This document shows positions 1-9,352 of a DNA stretch of 64,000 bases, one piece after another. The stretch spans positions 18,125 through 82,124 of the forward strand of contig JAZUFZ010000017.1 in NCBI GenBank assembly GCA_045640985.1. The letters run 5' to 3'. The DNA is from Bacteroidales bacterium. GTDB lineage: Bacteria; Bacteroidota; Bacteroidia; Bacteroidales; P3. Each line of letters begins with the position of its first letter. The stretch's first letter is position 1. A model generated the notes under the pieces. The model was not told the origin of the DNA. It was given only the letters and a program-made list of their open reading frames with translations, and did no database searches. A program made the position numbers and the translations under genes.

Positions 1-763
1 GACCGAGATAAACCAATGCGCCGGGATCCACATCGCCGGGACGGCTTCCCATAATCAAGCCCTCCAGCGGGGTCATACCCAGAGTGGTATCCACCGATTT
101 GCCGTGGTCGATAGCGCAGATGCTTGCGCCGCTGCCGAGGTGACAGCTGATAATCTTCAGGTCCTTCCAGTCCTTGCCCACCATCTTGGCAGCCTTCTGG
201 GCTACAAACAGATGGCTCGTGCCGTGGAAGCCATAGCGGCGGATGCCGTATTTCTCATAGTATTCGTATGGCAGGCCATAGAGATAAGCCTTAGGTTCCA
301 GCGTGCTGTGGAATGCCGTATCAAATACCACCACCTGAGGCACTTCGGGAAGAAGTTTCTTCATGGCATAGATACCTGCCAGATTACCGGGAGTGTGGAG
401 CGGAGCCAGGTCGGTAAGCGCCTTGATATGTTCCACGACCTCGTCGGTCACCAGTACGCTCTCCTTGAAATATTCACCGCCGTGAGCCACACGGTTACCC
501 ACTGCGCTGATTTCATTCAGGCTCTTGATAACGCCGATTTTAGGGTCTGTGAGCGCGTCAAGCACCAGGTTGATACCGGCAGTATGGTCAGGAATAGGCA
601 CCTGAACATAATGCTTCTCGCCGTTGTACTTGTGAGTAAATTCGCCCATCGCCAAACCGATTCTTTCACATAAACCTTTTGCCATAACAGCGGCATTGTT
701 TGCCATATCTATCAACTGATATTTGATAGAAGAGCTGCCGCAATTCAATACTAAAATTTTCAT
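1..763 (-). CDS. ackA: acetate kinase, N-terminal ~254 aa (3' end lies beyond the window edge)
   Basis: Reverse complement from 763 reads MKILVLNCGSSSIKYQLIDM...FHGTSH...DHGKSVDTTLGMTPLEGLIMGSRPGDVDPG, a typical acetate kinase. It is open to position 1. It is absent from the ORF track because it has no stop in the window. Confidence 0.9.
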   Translation of the reverse strand, partial: MKILVLNCGSSSIKYQLIDMANNAAVMAKGLCERIGLAMGEFTHKYNGEKHYVQVPIPDHTAGINLVLDALTDPKIGVIKSLNEISAVGNRVAHGGEYFKESVLVTDEVVEHIKALTDLAPLHTPGNLAGIYAMKKLLPEVPQVVVFDTAFHSTLEPKAYLYGLPYEYYEKYGIRRYGFHGTSHLFVAQKAAKMVGKDWKDLKIISCHLGSGASICAIDHGKSVDTTLGMTPLEGLIMGSRPGDVDPGALVYLG

Positions 764-816
764 AACTAACTGATATATATTATTTTCTATTAATTTTCAC
801 ATTTTTTTCAGCACTC

Positions 817-824
817 CAAAGATA
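817..824 (-). promoter_or_regulatory. candidate Bacteroidota -7 box (TATCTTTG on the minus strand) for ackA
   Basis: CAAAGATA on the plus strand is TATCTTTG on the minus strand and matches TAnnTTTG. It lies ~54 nt upstream of the ackA ATG. Confidence 0.4.
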
Positions 825-1007
825 CACAAACTTTCCGAACCTGCAAAATAAAGTTATCAACAGTCCCTGTTTCTAACCCCATTTCCGTCCTGGAAATTGC
901 CCGGGCAGAGCTCCCGGAAAGCCCTTCCGGAAATCCCTGCCCGACCCTCGGAAACCGGACTATGGAAGGCCTCTTTTTTCTGCCTTGTAAATCAGGTGTT
1001 TCCTGCA

Positions 1008-1126
1008 GGTAACTCCCTTCTATCTTCTTTTTATCTCCATATTATCTTTTTTTTATCTTTTGTTCTAAGAATTGGAGATAAAACGAAGATAAAAAAAAGA
1101 TAAAAAGAAGATAGAAGGGAGTTACC
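1008..1126. repeat. 119-bp palindromic intergenic element, copy 1 (GGTAACTCCC...GGGAGTTACC)
   Basis: 29-bp perfect terminal inverted repeats. Each arm holds four TATCT (left) or AGATA (right) subunits spaced exactly 11 bp apart (1021/1032/1043/1054 and 1076/1087/1098/1109). A second copy is at 29923..30041. Confidence 0.9.
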
Positions 1127-1326
1127 CGCTGCACGGGAGAGAGAAAAACGGCCGGAAATGCCGGGAAATGAATTTCCTTCCAAAGAGGCATGGCAACCGG
1201 AAAAAGAGGCAGGAAAAGTCCAAAACGAAAGCAGAAAGAACTCCAGGTAAAAGCCTCCACGGTTCCCGTCAGAATTTTCAATAAAAATAAATTCGCGCCA
1301 GGAGCGCATAATTCAAAAAAAAAGTG

Positions 1327-1334
1327 TATCTTTG
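1327..1334 (+). promoter_or_regulatory. candidate -7 box TATCTTTG for the OmpA-family gene
   Basis: Exact TAnnTTTG match 113 nt upstream of the ATG at 1447. Confidence 0.35.
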
Positions 1335-1446
1335 CAAAAATCCTTCAGGGACTTCCAAGTCCCCTGAAAGGGTATAACACTATGGAAATCACCGCTGAAA
1401 CAGACACCAGCTGTTTTGGCGTAAAGAATTATAAAAGCATGTTTGC

Positions 1447-3042
1447 ATGAAACGACGACTGATTATACTATGTTTAGGACTGCTTCTGGCGCTTCCGGGA
1501 GCCCGGGCACAGTTCTACAGCAGCACCAACAAAAAGGCCATACGTCAATATGAACTAGGCCTCCAGCAACTGCAGAGCGCCAACATCCAGGAGGCAGAGA
1601 AATGCCTGCGCCAGACCATCGCCCTCGACCGGAAGTTCGAGGAGGCCTATCTCACCTTGGGCGAGATGCTCCTGGACCAGAGACGTGAGACGGAAGCCCG
1701 GGAGATATTCGAGCAGTTCCTCTCCTTAGGAAGCCGCTACAAGGCATGGAACCAGGAAGCACGCTTTGCCATAGACTGCATCGACTTCCGCCGTGAGGCT
1801 CTGGCACACCCCGTTCCGTTCCAGCCTATAAATATGGGACCCGAAGTGAACAGCCCTTACGACGAATATCTGCCCGCCCTCACCGCCGACGGAAAGACCC
1901 TGATCATCACGCGGCGGATGCCTAAGAACGAATATTCCACCGCCGAGACCGAGGAGGAGGAAGACTTCTATGTAAGCCAACTGCAGGAGGACGGCACCTG
2001 GAGCCCCGCCCAGCGAATGGAAGAGCCCGTAAACTCCACCGACAACGAAGGGGCACAATGTATCTCACAGGACGGAAGAATCATGATCTTCACCGCCTGC
2101 AACCGCAAGGACGGCTACGGCCGGTGCGACCTTTACCTCTGTGTGCGCCACGGCGAGGAGTGGAGCCGGCCCCGGAACATAGGCATCGAGATCAACTCCC
2201 GCAGCTGGGAATCCCAGCCCTGTCTCTCACTGGACGGACGCACGCTCTACTTCGTGAGCGACCGCAAGGGCGGCTACGGCGGCAAGGATATATGGGTGAG
2301 CCGGCTGACCGAAAACGGCTGGGGCGCCCCTCAAAACATGGGTCCCGAAATCAACACCGAAGGAGATGAAAGCAGTCCCTTCATCCATTTCGACGACAAG
2401 ACCTTCTATTTCACCAGCAACGGACATGTAGGCATGGGAGGCTTCGACCTTTTCGTGAGCCGCCGCAACGAAGACGGCACCTGGGGCAAGGCACAGAATA
2501 TGGGCTACCCCATCAACACAGAACATGACGAAAGCAACCTCATCGTGAGCGCCGACGGAAGCCGCGCCTATTTCTCCTCCGATATTCTGGAGGGCTACGG
2601 AAGGCAGGACCTCTATTATTTCGACCTTCCGGTAGAACTGCGGCCCGAACCGGTTGAATACCGCGACGAACTGGCACAGGAGGAGACCCCGGAGGTAGGC
2701 GAGAGCATCACCTTGAAAAACGTGCTTTTCGCCACAGGCCAATATATCCTCAACGAAACCGCACAGGTGGAACTCGACAAAGTGGTGGAGATGCTTAACC
2801 GCAACGCTACTATGGAAATAGAACTCGAAGGCCATACCGACAACACCGGCGATGCCGCCGCAAACCAGCAGCTGAGCGAACACAGGGCCAAGGCCTGCTA
2901 CGACTATATCGTATCGCGGGGCATTGCAGAAGAACGCCTCAGCTTCCGCGGCTACGGCGAAAGCCGGCCGATAGCCGACAACACTACCGAAGACGGCCGC
3001 GCCCAGAACCGGAGAACCGTATTTACCGTAAAAGCCCGATAA
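1447..3042 (+). CDS. OmpA-family protein with N-terminal TPR region, TolB/PD40-like repeats and C-terminal OmpA peptidoglycan-binding domain
   Basis: Signal peptide MKRRLIILCLGLLLALPGARAQ. Repeated 'D.Y.P..S.DG..L.F' PD40-like units. C-terminus reads LEGHTDNTGD...N..LS..RA......G....R......G...P...N.......NRR, the OmpA_C pattern. Confidence 0.85.
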   Translation: MKRRLIILCLGLLLALPGARAQFYSSTNKKAIRQYELGLQQLQSANIQEAEKCLRQTIALDRKFEEAYLTLGEMLLDQRRETEAREIFEQFLSLGSRYKAWNQEARFAIDCIDFRREALAHPVPFQPINMGPEVNSPYDEYLPALTADGKTLIITRRMPKNEYSTAETEEEEDFYVSQLQEDGTWSPAQRMEEPVNSTDNEGAQCISQDGRIMIFTACNRKDGYGRCDLYLCVRHGEEWSRPRNIGIEINSRSWESQPCLSLDGRTLYFVSDRKGGYGGKDIWVSRLTENGWGAPQNMGPEINTEGDESSPFIHFDDKTFYFTSNGHVGMGGFDLFVSRRNEDGTWGKAQNMGYPINTEHDESNLIVSADGSRAYFSSDILEGYGRQDLYYFDLPVELRPEPVEYRDELAQEETPEVGESITLKNVLFATGQYILNETAQVELDKVVEMLNRNATMEIELEGHTDNTGDAAANQQLSEHRAKACYDYIVSRGIAEERLSFRGYGESRPIADNTTEDGRAQNRRTVFTVKAR

Positions 3043-4044
3043 ATGAAATACAGAACCATCCCTATCTTTATCCCCGAAATGGCATGCCCGTGCCGGTGCG
3101 TGTATTGCAACCAGTTTGTGATATCGGGTCAGCAGCAGATGCCTTCCGATGCAGAAATTCTTTCCACCATCGAGAGCCATCTCGCCACTATATGGGGAAA
3201 CGGCGTGGATTCCGGAGAGCAGCGGGTAGAGATAGGATTCTTCGGAGGCACATTCACCGGACTGCCCAAAGAGGAGCAACTCCGGCTGCTGCGACTGGTC
3301 AGCCCCTATCTGGAAACGGGAAAGATAAAGGAAATCCGCTGTTCCACCCGCCCCGACCGCATAGAGGAACCGTGGCTCAGGGAACTGAAAAAATACGGAA
3401 TGCAGACCATAGAACTGGGCGTACAGTCGATGAACGATGAAGTACTGAAAGCCTCCGGCAGAGGCTATTCCCCCGCCACAGTGGAAGCGGCCGCCTCCGC
3501 CATCAGGAATGCCGGAATGAAACTGGGAATGCAGATGATGATAGGACTGCCCGGAGACACTCCCCAACGCAGTCTGGAGACGGCCCAGAGAATTGTAGCC
3601 CTCGGAGCTGACAACACCCGAATATACCCGACCCTCGTGATAGAACATACGCTGCTGGCAGAACGCTGGCGGAGAGGAACCTACAAGGCACTCAGCATAG
3701 AAGAAGCCGTAGCATGGACCAAGCCTGTGCTGAAACTTATGGAGGAAAGCGGACTGGAGGTTCTGCGGGTAGGACTGCATCCGACGGAAGGCTTCATCAA
3801 CGGAACCGACTATCTGGCAGGGCCGTTCCATGTGGCATTCAAACTTCAGGTACAGAGCGGGATATGGGGCGACCAGTTCGAGACACTTCCCGGCGGAGAG
3901 CGTGTCACCATCAGGGTAGCCCCACAGATGCTGAACGCCGCAGCCGGCTATCAGGGCATCAACCGCAGGAAACTGGAACAGCGATACCGCAACGTACAGT
4001 TCCGCCCCGACGAAAAACTGAAATTATACGAATATGAAATATAA
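3043..4044 (+). CDS. radical SAM protein (ELP3/coproporphyrinogen-oxidase-like fold)
   Basis: CPCRCVYCNQ (CxxxCxxC-type cluster motif) near the N-terminus. The ATG directly follows the upstream stop. Confidence 0.75.
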   Translation: MKYRTIPIFIPEMACPCRCVYCNQFVISGQQQMPSDAEILSTIESHLATIWGNGVDSGEQRVEIGFFGGTFTGLPKEEQLRLLRLVSPYLETGKIKEIRCSTRPDRIEEPWLRELKKYGMQTIELGVQSMNDEVLKASGRGYSPATVEAAASAIRNAGMKLGMQMMIGLPGDTPQRSLETAQRIVALGADNTRIYPTLVIEHTLLAERWRRGTYKALSIEEAVAWTKPVLKLMEESGLEVLRVGLHPTEGFINGTDYLAGPFHVAFKLQVQSGIWGDQFETLPGGERVTIRVAPQMLNAAAGYQGINRRKLEQRYRNVQFRPDEKLKLYEYEI

Positions 4045-4894
4045 AGTAAACGAAACCATAGAACTGCTGGCATTTCTCCAGCAGACAATGCCCGAAAGCA
4101 GCCGCACGAAGATTAAAGAGGTGCTGGCCCACAACGTATATGTGGATGGGCGTAAGACCACACAGTACAACTTCCCGCTCCAACCCGGCATGGAAGTAGA
4201 GATACAGAAACAGGGAGGCAAAGACCGTCTGAAGCCCAGAGACCTGGACATCGTATATGAGGACAATTATCTGTTTGTGGTGAACAAACACGAAGGGCTC
4301 CTTTCCAGCAGCAAGAACGCAGCCGACAAGACCGTGATAACCGTATTGAACCGCTATCTGGAGGCCACCCACCAGAAATGTACCGCCCATGTGGTACACC
4401 GGCTGGACCGCGACACCAGCGGGCTGCTTCTTGTAGCAAAAAACAAACGCACCGCTATGGAGCTGGAAGAACACTGGAAGGAGACGGTATATGACCGGGT
4501 ATATGTGGCTGTGGCCTGGGGAAACATAGAAAATGACAACGGAACGATCCGAAGCTGGCTTACCGACGGAGAATACTGCGTGCTTTCCTCCCCCACCGAC
4601 AACGGAGGAAAAGAGGCCATCACCCACTATACAGTAAAGCAACGGAGCCGCAGATACAGCCTCGTGGAACTGAAACTCGACACCGGAAGAAGAAACCAGA
4701 TAAGGGTACATCTCCGCGAGATGCAGCATCCCGTGGTACACGACCCTATGTACGGCTACAAAGAGGACCTCTCCCCCATCAGCCGGCTGGCGCTCCATGC
4801 CATGAGACTCTGCTTCAAACATCCCGTAACCGGCAAGAAAATGCAGTTCGAGACCCCGGTTCCACAAAGTTTTTTGAAATTGATGCAAATATAA
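4034..4894 (+). CDS. RluA-family RNA pseudouridine synthase
   Basis: Catalytic motif HRLDRDTSGLLLVAK and later RNQIRVH. 11-nt overlap with the upstream gene. Confidence 0.85.
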   Translation: MKYKVNETIELLAFLQQTMPESSRTKIKEVLAHNVYVDGRKTTQYNFPLQPGMEVEIQKQGGKDRLKPRDLDIVYEDNYLFVVNKHEGLLSSSKNAADKTVITVLNRYLEATHQKCTAHVVHRLDRDTSGLLLVAKNKRTAMELEEHWKETVYDRVYVAVAWGNIENDNGTIRSWLTDGEYCVLSSPTDNGGKEAITHYTVKQRSRRYSLVELKLDTGRRNQIRVHLREMQHPVVHDPMYGYKEDLSPISRLALHAMRLCFKHPVTGKKMQFETPVPQSFLKLMQI

Positions 4895-4929
4895 ATAATA
4901 AAACCGCAATATTCGCGTTATAGTAAGAT

Positions 4930-5553
4930 ATGGAATACAACACACAAAGAAAAATACTGCAATTCCCTGAGTATGGGAGAAACATCACCCAGCTGGTGGC
5001 TTATGCACAAACCGTTGAAAGCAGAGAAGAACGCACCAAAGTGGCAGAAGCCATAGTGAATGCCATGGCGGCAGTATGCCCGAAGGTAAGAGAGACAGCC
5101 CACTGGAAACTGCGCCTGTGGGGACATCTGATGATTATGTCGGACTGGAAACTGGACGTAGATGTGCCCGTAGGAGTGACGCGGATGGAGACGGTACACT
5201 ATACACCCGAGAAACTGACCTATAAGAATGATGATGTAACATACCGTCACTATGGACGCTTTCTGCCTGCACTTCTCGAAGCCATACAGAACAATCCCGA
5301 TGAAGAAGAGAAACAGGAGCTGATTGACATGACCGCCAACCTGATGAAGCGGCTTTATCTGACATGGAACAACGAAGGAGCAAGCGACGAGGTAATTCTG
5401 GAACAACTGGACAAACTGAGCCATGGAACCCTTACGCCCAGCGAGGGATTTCAGTTTCTTGGCAGAAACACCATTCTGGAGGAGCCCTGGAACGGAACCA
5501 CATCCAACACCAGCTCCACATCCGGCAACAAAAAGAAAAAGAAAAAGAAATAG
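4930..5553 (+). CDS. DUF4290 domain protein with Lys-rich tail
   Basis: N-terminus MEYNTQRKILQFPEYGRNITQLVAYA is typical of DUF4290, which normally precedes murA in Bacteroidota. It ends in KKKKKKK, encoded by (AAAAAG)3-like DNA. Confidence 0.7.
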   Translation: MEYNTQRKILQFPEYGRNITQLVAYAQTVESREERTKVAEAIVNAMAAVCPKVRETAHWKLRLWGHLMIMSDWKLDVDVPVGVTRMETVHYTPEKLTYKNDDVTYRHYGRFLPALLEAIQNNPDEEEKQELIDMTANLMKRLYLTWNNEGASDEVILEQLDKLSHGTLTPSEGFQFLGRNTILEEPWNGTTSNTSSTSGNKKKKKKK

Positions 5554-5608
5554 CCCGTCCTCCACGCCCGAAAACTGGTGGTAGAATAAGGAAAATAAAC
5601 TGAAACAA
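5554..5608 (+). repeat. 55-bp direct repeat, copy 1 (identical to 7971..8025)
   Basis: CCCGTCCTCCACGCCCGAAAACTGGTGGTAGAATAAGGAAAATAAACTGAAACAA read at both places; 55/55 identical by eye. Confidence 0.95.
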
Positions 5609-5624
5609 ATTAATATATAAAGTC

Positions 5625-6956
5625 ATGAGACATTATATTTTTTTCATCATGCTGCTTTGCACATTGATACCGACTAATGGGCGGAGTCAGAGCATCGAAC
5701 AGATACTACCATCAGCAGATCCAATATCAACATTGATCTGCAACTGTGACCAGCAACAGATAACCATTATGTATGAATTGGATGCCAATAGAATCGGTTG
5801 GTTGTATTATATTAATCCAGGGAATACTGCACTGCAGAAAGTACAGCTACCGAACGGAGTGGAACTGAAGGATATGGAATGCATAGGTGACACGATGTAT
5901 TTCGGCGGTGCCAATACCGCCACAAAGCAAGGATTGGTGGGATTCTTCAATGTGCAGGATCTGTTTTTCAACAGCGGACAGATTCACTTCTGTGAAATTC
6001 TTCCTCTGTGGGGCATACAGGGCTGCCACCTTCCAATGATAAAGAAGATAGACTGCTATGAATACGGAACAGGAATACATATCGCTTTCATCGGAAAAAT
6101 GCAGTTGACGGAAGACACCATCGGGACAATCGGCGAGGCTATCTATGACAATATTGCAAACACATGGAATGTATCGTATTTCTACAACAAAGAGCAACGA
6201 ATAAATTATACTGATGTCACCACCACTCAGAACTACGTTGTGGCTGTTGGTACAGACCCTGAACACCAATATATCATGCAAGGGTGGAAACAGACATCTG
6301 GATTTCTGTATGACCCACTATTTCCAGGTCAAATATCCGTAGCAAATGACAATGTAAACGAGTCAAAACTATTCGTGACCCATATCCAAAACAATGAATT
6401 TGCAGTTACCTATGAATATAGTGAGAACAATGGGATAGGAATAAAGATCAATACCCACAAAGTGAATACAACCAACGGCTTCATGTTCACAGCTGGAATG
6501 AAAGTGGCACCATGGACAGGTCATACGAATGTAATATATGATGTAGCATATCAGGGGCAGGCGAATAATCCTTGCATAATGGTGGTACACCGGGTATATT
6601 CCTCAATCTATAACTCGTATTTCGTAAGTTGGTTTGATTATTTTAATATATGGCCAAACTATCACCGAGCTAAACATTTGAATGACAAGGTTACCTCCAT
6701 AGATTTTTTGCGTGATTGGGGATATCAATTATCGGGGAGTATATACTCAAATCCATGTTGGACACTTTATCGTTATGATAATCTGTCGGTACAAAACACC
6801 TGTTTCCCACATGAATCCCCAACCAATGCGCAGAACAGTGTGAACATTACGAATATACCATTAAGTATTATAATTGAAATCCCTCATATTTCTACTTATA
6901 CCATAACTCCGACAGTGAACTCCAATAGCAGTTACATAAATTGTCAAACCAATTAA
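5625..6956 (+). CDS. hypothetical secreted protein (AT-rich cassette gene 1)
   Basis: Signal peptide MRHYIFFIMLLCTLIPTNGRSQS. Rich in N/Y/T and more AT-rich than the neighbours. I recognise no motif. Confidence 0.75.
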   Translation: MRHYIFFIMLLCTLIPTNGRSQSIEQILPSADPISTLICNCDQQQITIMYELDANRIGWLYYINPGNTALQKVQLPNGVELKDMECIGDTMYFGGANTATKQGLVGFFNVQDLFFNSGQIHFCEILPLWGIQGCHLPMIKKIDCYEYGTGIHIAFIGKMQLTEDTIGTIGEAIYDNIANTWNVSYFYNKEQRINYTDVTTTQNYVVAVGTDPEHQYIMQGWKQTSGFLYDPLFPGQISVANDNVNESKLFVTHIQNNEFAVTYEYSENNGIGIKINTHKVNTTNGFMFTAGMKVAPWTGHTNVIYDVAYQGQANNPCIMVVHRVYSSIYNSYFVSWFDYFNIWPNYHRAKHLNDKVTSIDFLRDWGYQLSGSIYSNPCWTLYRYDNLSVQNTCFPHESPTNAQNSVNITNIPLSIIIEIPHISTYTITPTVNSNSSYINCQTN

Positions 6957-6968
6957 ACAATAAATATT

Positions 6969-8006
6969 ATGTACAAGATCATCATCGTCATGACAATGTT
7001 GCTAACAGGTATCGGGAATGCATATTCTCAGAATAATGAAGTGTTGGACACCCTCTGGGAGAAGCCTGACCGATATTTCGCGAACTATTACCCACCGACA
7101 GACTGGATGGAAAACCCCAGTGTTGGATATTCACGTTCATTAAGGTTTGATTATGGAGAACTTCACGTAAGACGTGCTGATAGCAGTTTCACCTCTACTC
7201 ATCGTCTCTTGCACCAACTACATACCGACCATCCGTTGAAAATAGTGGGAATCGCATACTATGCCAGAAAAGACATTCCATACTATAAAGATTCCGTCAT
7301 CCTGTATGATATGGATTCGATGGGGAACATGGTACAATTATGGGCAAAAGGATGTGAATCGAAGGAGGAAGACAACCAACTGCTTTTGGATATTCCATAC
7401 GAGTCAGATGAAGAGGACCAATGCGGACATTCACCACGGCTGCCGCACAGGCTTATACTGATATCTGAATCATATCTGGATGAACCCATAATTGTGGAAG
7501 ACAGTTTCTATGTCGGATTTACCGACTGGTATCATGACGGAGGGTGGGGGAATTATTCTTGTTTGATTGTTCAGTGGTGGCGACCTTTAATGGATGTACC
7601 ATGGAACCGATGTGGATATCCGGTAATTCCAAAGATGTATTGGGAATCATCTACAGACACATGGCACCGGACAGATGTAGATAATTTTTCATATATGATA
7701 TGGCCTATCATTGATGTGGAATATGGGCAGGATACGATAGACACCGTTTCAGTTGGCAGGGTGGAAACGGTAGAGGAAATAAAGGTAAGTCCGAACCCCG
7801 CACGGGAACGAGTATCGGTGGAGGCTTCGCGGGTGATAGACCATCTTTGGGTAAAGAACACCCAGGGGGTTGAGATATACAACAACACCCATTGTACGAA
7901 CCGCGTGGAGCTGAACGTGAACTGGTGGTCCAAGGGAGTATATATCATCTATATGCAACTGGACGGAGACCCCGTCCTCCACGCCCGAAAACTGGTGGTA
8001 GAATAA
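6969..8006 (+). CDS. hypothetical T9SS cargo protein (AT-rich cassette gene 2)
   Basis: Signal peptide MYKIIIVMTMLLTGIGNAYSQ. C-terminus KVSPNPARERVSVEAS...KGVYIIYMQLDGDPVLHARKLVVE has the type-A T9SS sorting-domain pattern. Confidence 0.8.
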   Translation: MYKIIIVMTMLLTGIGNAYSQNNEVLDTLWEKPDRYFANYYPPTDWMENPSVGYSRSLRFDYGELHVRRADSSFTSTHRLLHQLHTDHPLKIVGIAYYARKDIPYYKDSVILYDMDSMGNMVQLWAKGCESKEEDNQLLLDIPYESDEEDQCGHSPRLPHRLILISESYLDEPIIVEDSFYVGFTDWYHDGGWGNYSCLIVQWWRPLMDVPWNRCGYPVIPKMYWESSTDTWHRTDVDNFSYMIWPIIDVEYGQDTIDTVSVGRVETVEEIKVSPNPARERVSVEASRVIDHLWVKNTQGVEIYNNTHCTNRVELNVNWWSKGVYIIYMQLDGDPVLHARKLVVE

Positions 8007-8025
8007 GGAAAATAAACTGAAACAA
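7971..8025 (+). repeat. 55-bp direct repeat, copy 2 (covers the last 11 codons, the stop and the 3' flank of the 6969..8006 gene)
   Basis: Identical to 5554..5608. Confidence 0.95.
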
Positions 8026-8032
8026 TATAGAT

Positions 8033-9352
8033 ATGAGTTCTTTTGAAATAATCGGAGGTCACAGACTGCAAGGCGAAATTCACCCTCAGGGGGCGAAAAA
8101 CGAAGCTTTACAGGTACTGTGTGCGGTACTCTTGACTGACGAAAAAGTTACCATAGAAAATATCCCGGATATCAGGGATGTCAATAAACTGATTGACCTG
8201 TTGAAGATGCTGGGAGTAAAAGTGACGGAACAACAGAATCACGAAGAGACCGGGAGAACTTTCGAATTCCAGGCAGACGAAATAAACCTCGGAGCCTACG
8301 AAAACAAAGAGTTCTGCACCCAAGCAGCAGCCCTGAGAGGCAGCATCATGCTGATGGGGCCCCTGCTGGCAAGGACTCATCACGCGTTAGTTCCCCAACC
8401 CGGTGGCGACAAGATCGGCAGGAGACGTCTGGACACCCACTATCTGGGAATGCAGATGCTGGGAGCCAAGGTAAGATACAGCGTAAACGGATATGAGGTA
8501 ACCGCTCCCGAAGAGCTGAAGGGCTGCTACATGCTGCTGGATGAAGCTTCGGTGACAGGAACCGCCAATATCGTAATGGCAAGCGTAATGGCAGAAGGGA
8601 CTACCACGATCATGAATGCCGCCTGCGAGCCGTATGTATATCAGCTGTGCAAGATGCTCAACCGTATGGGAGCCAAGATTACCGGGGTAGGCTCAAACCT
8701 GATTACCATAGAAGGAGTGAAGGAACTTCACGGATGCAACCACAGGCTACTGCCTGACATGATTGAGGTGGGAAGTTTCATCGGACTGGCAGCCATGACC
8801 CAGAGCGATATCACGATAAAGAACGTGAATGTGGAGCATTTAGGCATGATTCCGCAGGTGTTCCGCCGTCTGGGTATCGAAATATGGCAGAAAGATGATG
8901 ACCTGTATATTCCAAAACAGGAACACTATGAAATAGAGCGGTTCATGGACGGAAGCGTGATGACGATTGCTGATGCACCATGGCCAGGATTCACCCCCGA
9001 CCTTATCAGTATTGCCCTCGTGGTGGCGACCCAAGCTAAAGGCAGCGTGCTGATTCATCAGAAGATGTTCGAGAGCCGTCTGTTCTTTGTAGATAAACTT
9101 ATCGACATGGGGGCTCAGATTATTTTGTGCGATCCCCACCGTGCTACCGTAATAGGACTGAACCGGGAATACAAGCTGAGGGGAGTAAGAATGTCCTCGC
9201 CCGATATCAGAGCCGGTGTAGCACTTTTGATTGCCGCGTTGAGCGCTGAAGGGAAAAGTAGAATTGACAATATAGAACAAATCGACCGAGGCTACCAGCA
9301 TATCGATGAACGTCTTCGGAAGCTGGGCGCTGAAATAACACGTATTGAATAA
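8033..9352 (+). CDS. murA: UDP-N-acetylglucosamine 1-carboxyvinyltransferase
   Basis: FEIIGGHRLQGEIHPQGAKNEALQVLCAVLLT... full-length MurA pattern, 439 aa. Confidence 0.93.
   Translation: MSSFEIIGGHRLQGEIHPQGAKNEALQVLCAVLLTDEKVTIENIPDIRDVNKLIDLLKMLGVKVTEQQNHEETGRTFEFQADEINLGAYENKEFCTQAAALRGSIMLMGPLLARTHHALVPQPGGDKIGRRRLDTHYLGMQMLGAKVRYSVNGYEVTAPEELKGCYMLLDEASVTGTANIVMASVMAEGTTTIMNAACEPYVYQLCKMLNRMGAKITGVGSNLITIEGVKELHGCNHRLLPDMIEVGSFIGLAAMTQSDITIKNVNVEHLGMIPQVFRRLGIEIWQKDDDLYIPKQEHYEIERFMDGSVMTIADAPWPGFTPDLISIALVVATQAKGSVLIHQKMFESRLFFVDKLIDMGAQIILCDPHRATVIGLNREYKLRGVRMSSPDIRAGVALLIAALSAEGKSRIDNIEQIDRGYQHIDERLRKLGAEITRIE

Noticed and set aside
104-673. 189-aa plus-strand ORF at the left edge
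   Set aside because: It is antisense to acetate kinase, whose minus-strand translation is unmistakable.
897-1309. Track ORFs 897..1103, 1031..1309 and 1042..1281 (plus 29719..30018) sharing the peptide GNSLLSSFYLH
   Set aside because: The shared peptide comes from translating through the two copies of the 119-bp palindrome. The ORFs run on both strands through a palindrome and short repeats, have no plausible starts or promoters, and are best read as non-coding repeat DNA.
1190-1450. 86-aa Lys-rich ORF just upstream of the OmpA-family gene
   Set aside because: It contains the candidate promoter (-7 box at 1327) of the downstream gene, and its first half is repeat-derived. There is no supporting signal.
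2227-3831. 534-aa minus-strand ORF spanning the OmpA-family and radical-SAM genes
   Set aside because: It is antisense to two well-supported plus-strand genes. It crosses their boundary and has a Gly/Ala/Val-rich composition without recognisable motifs.
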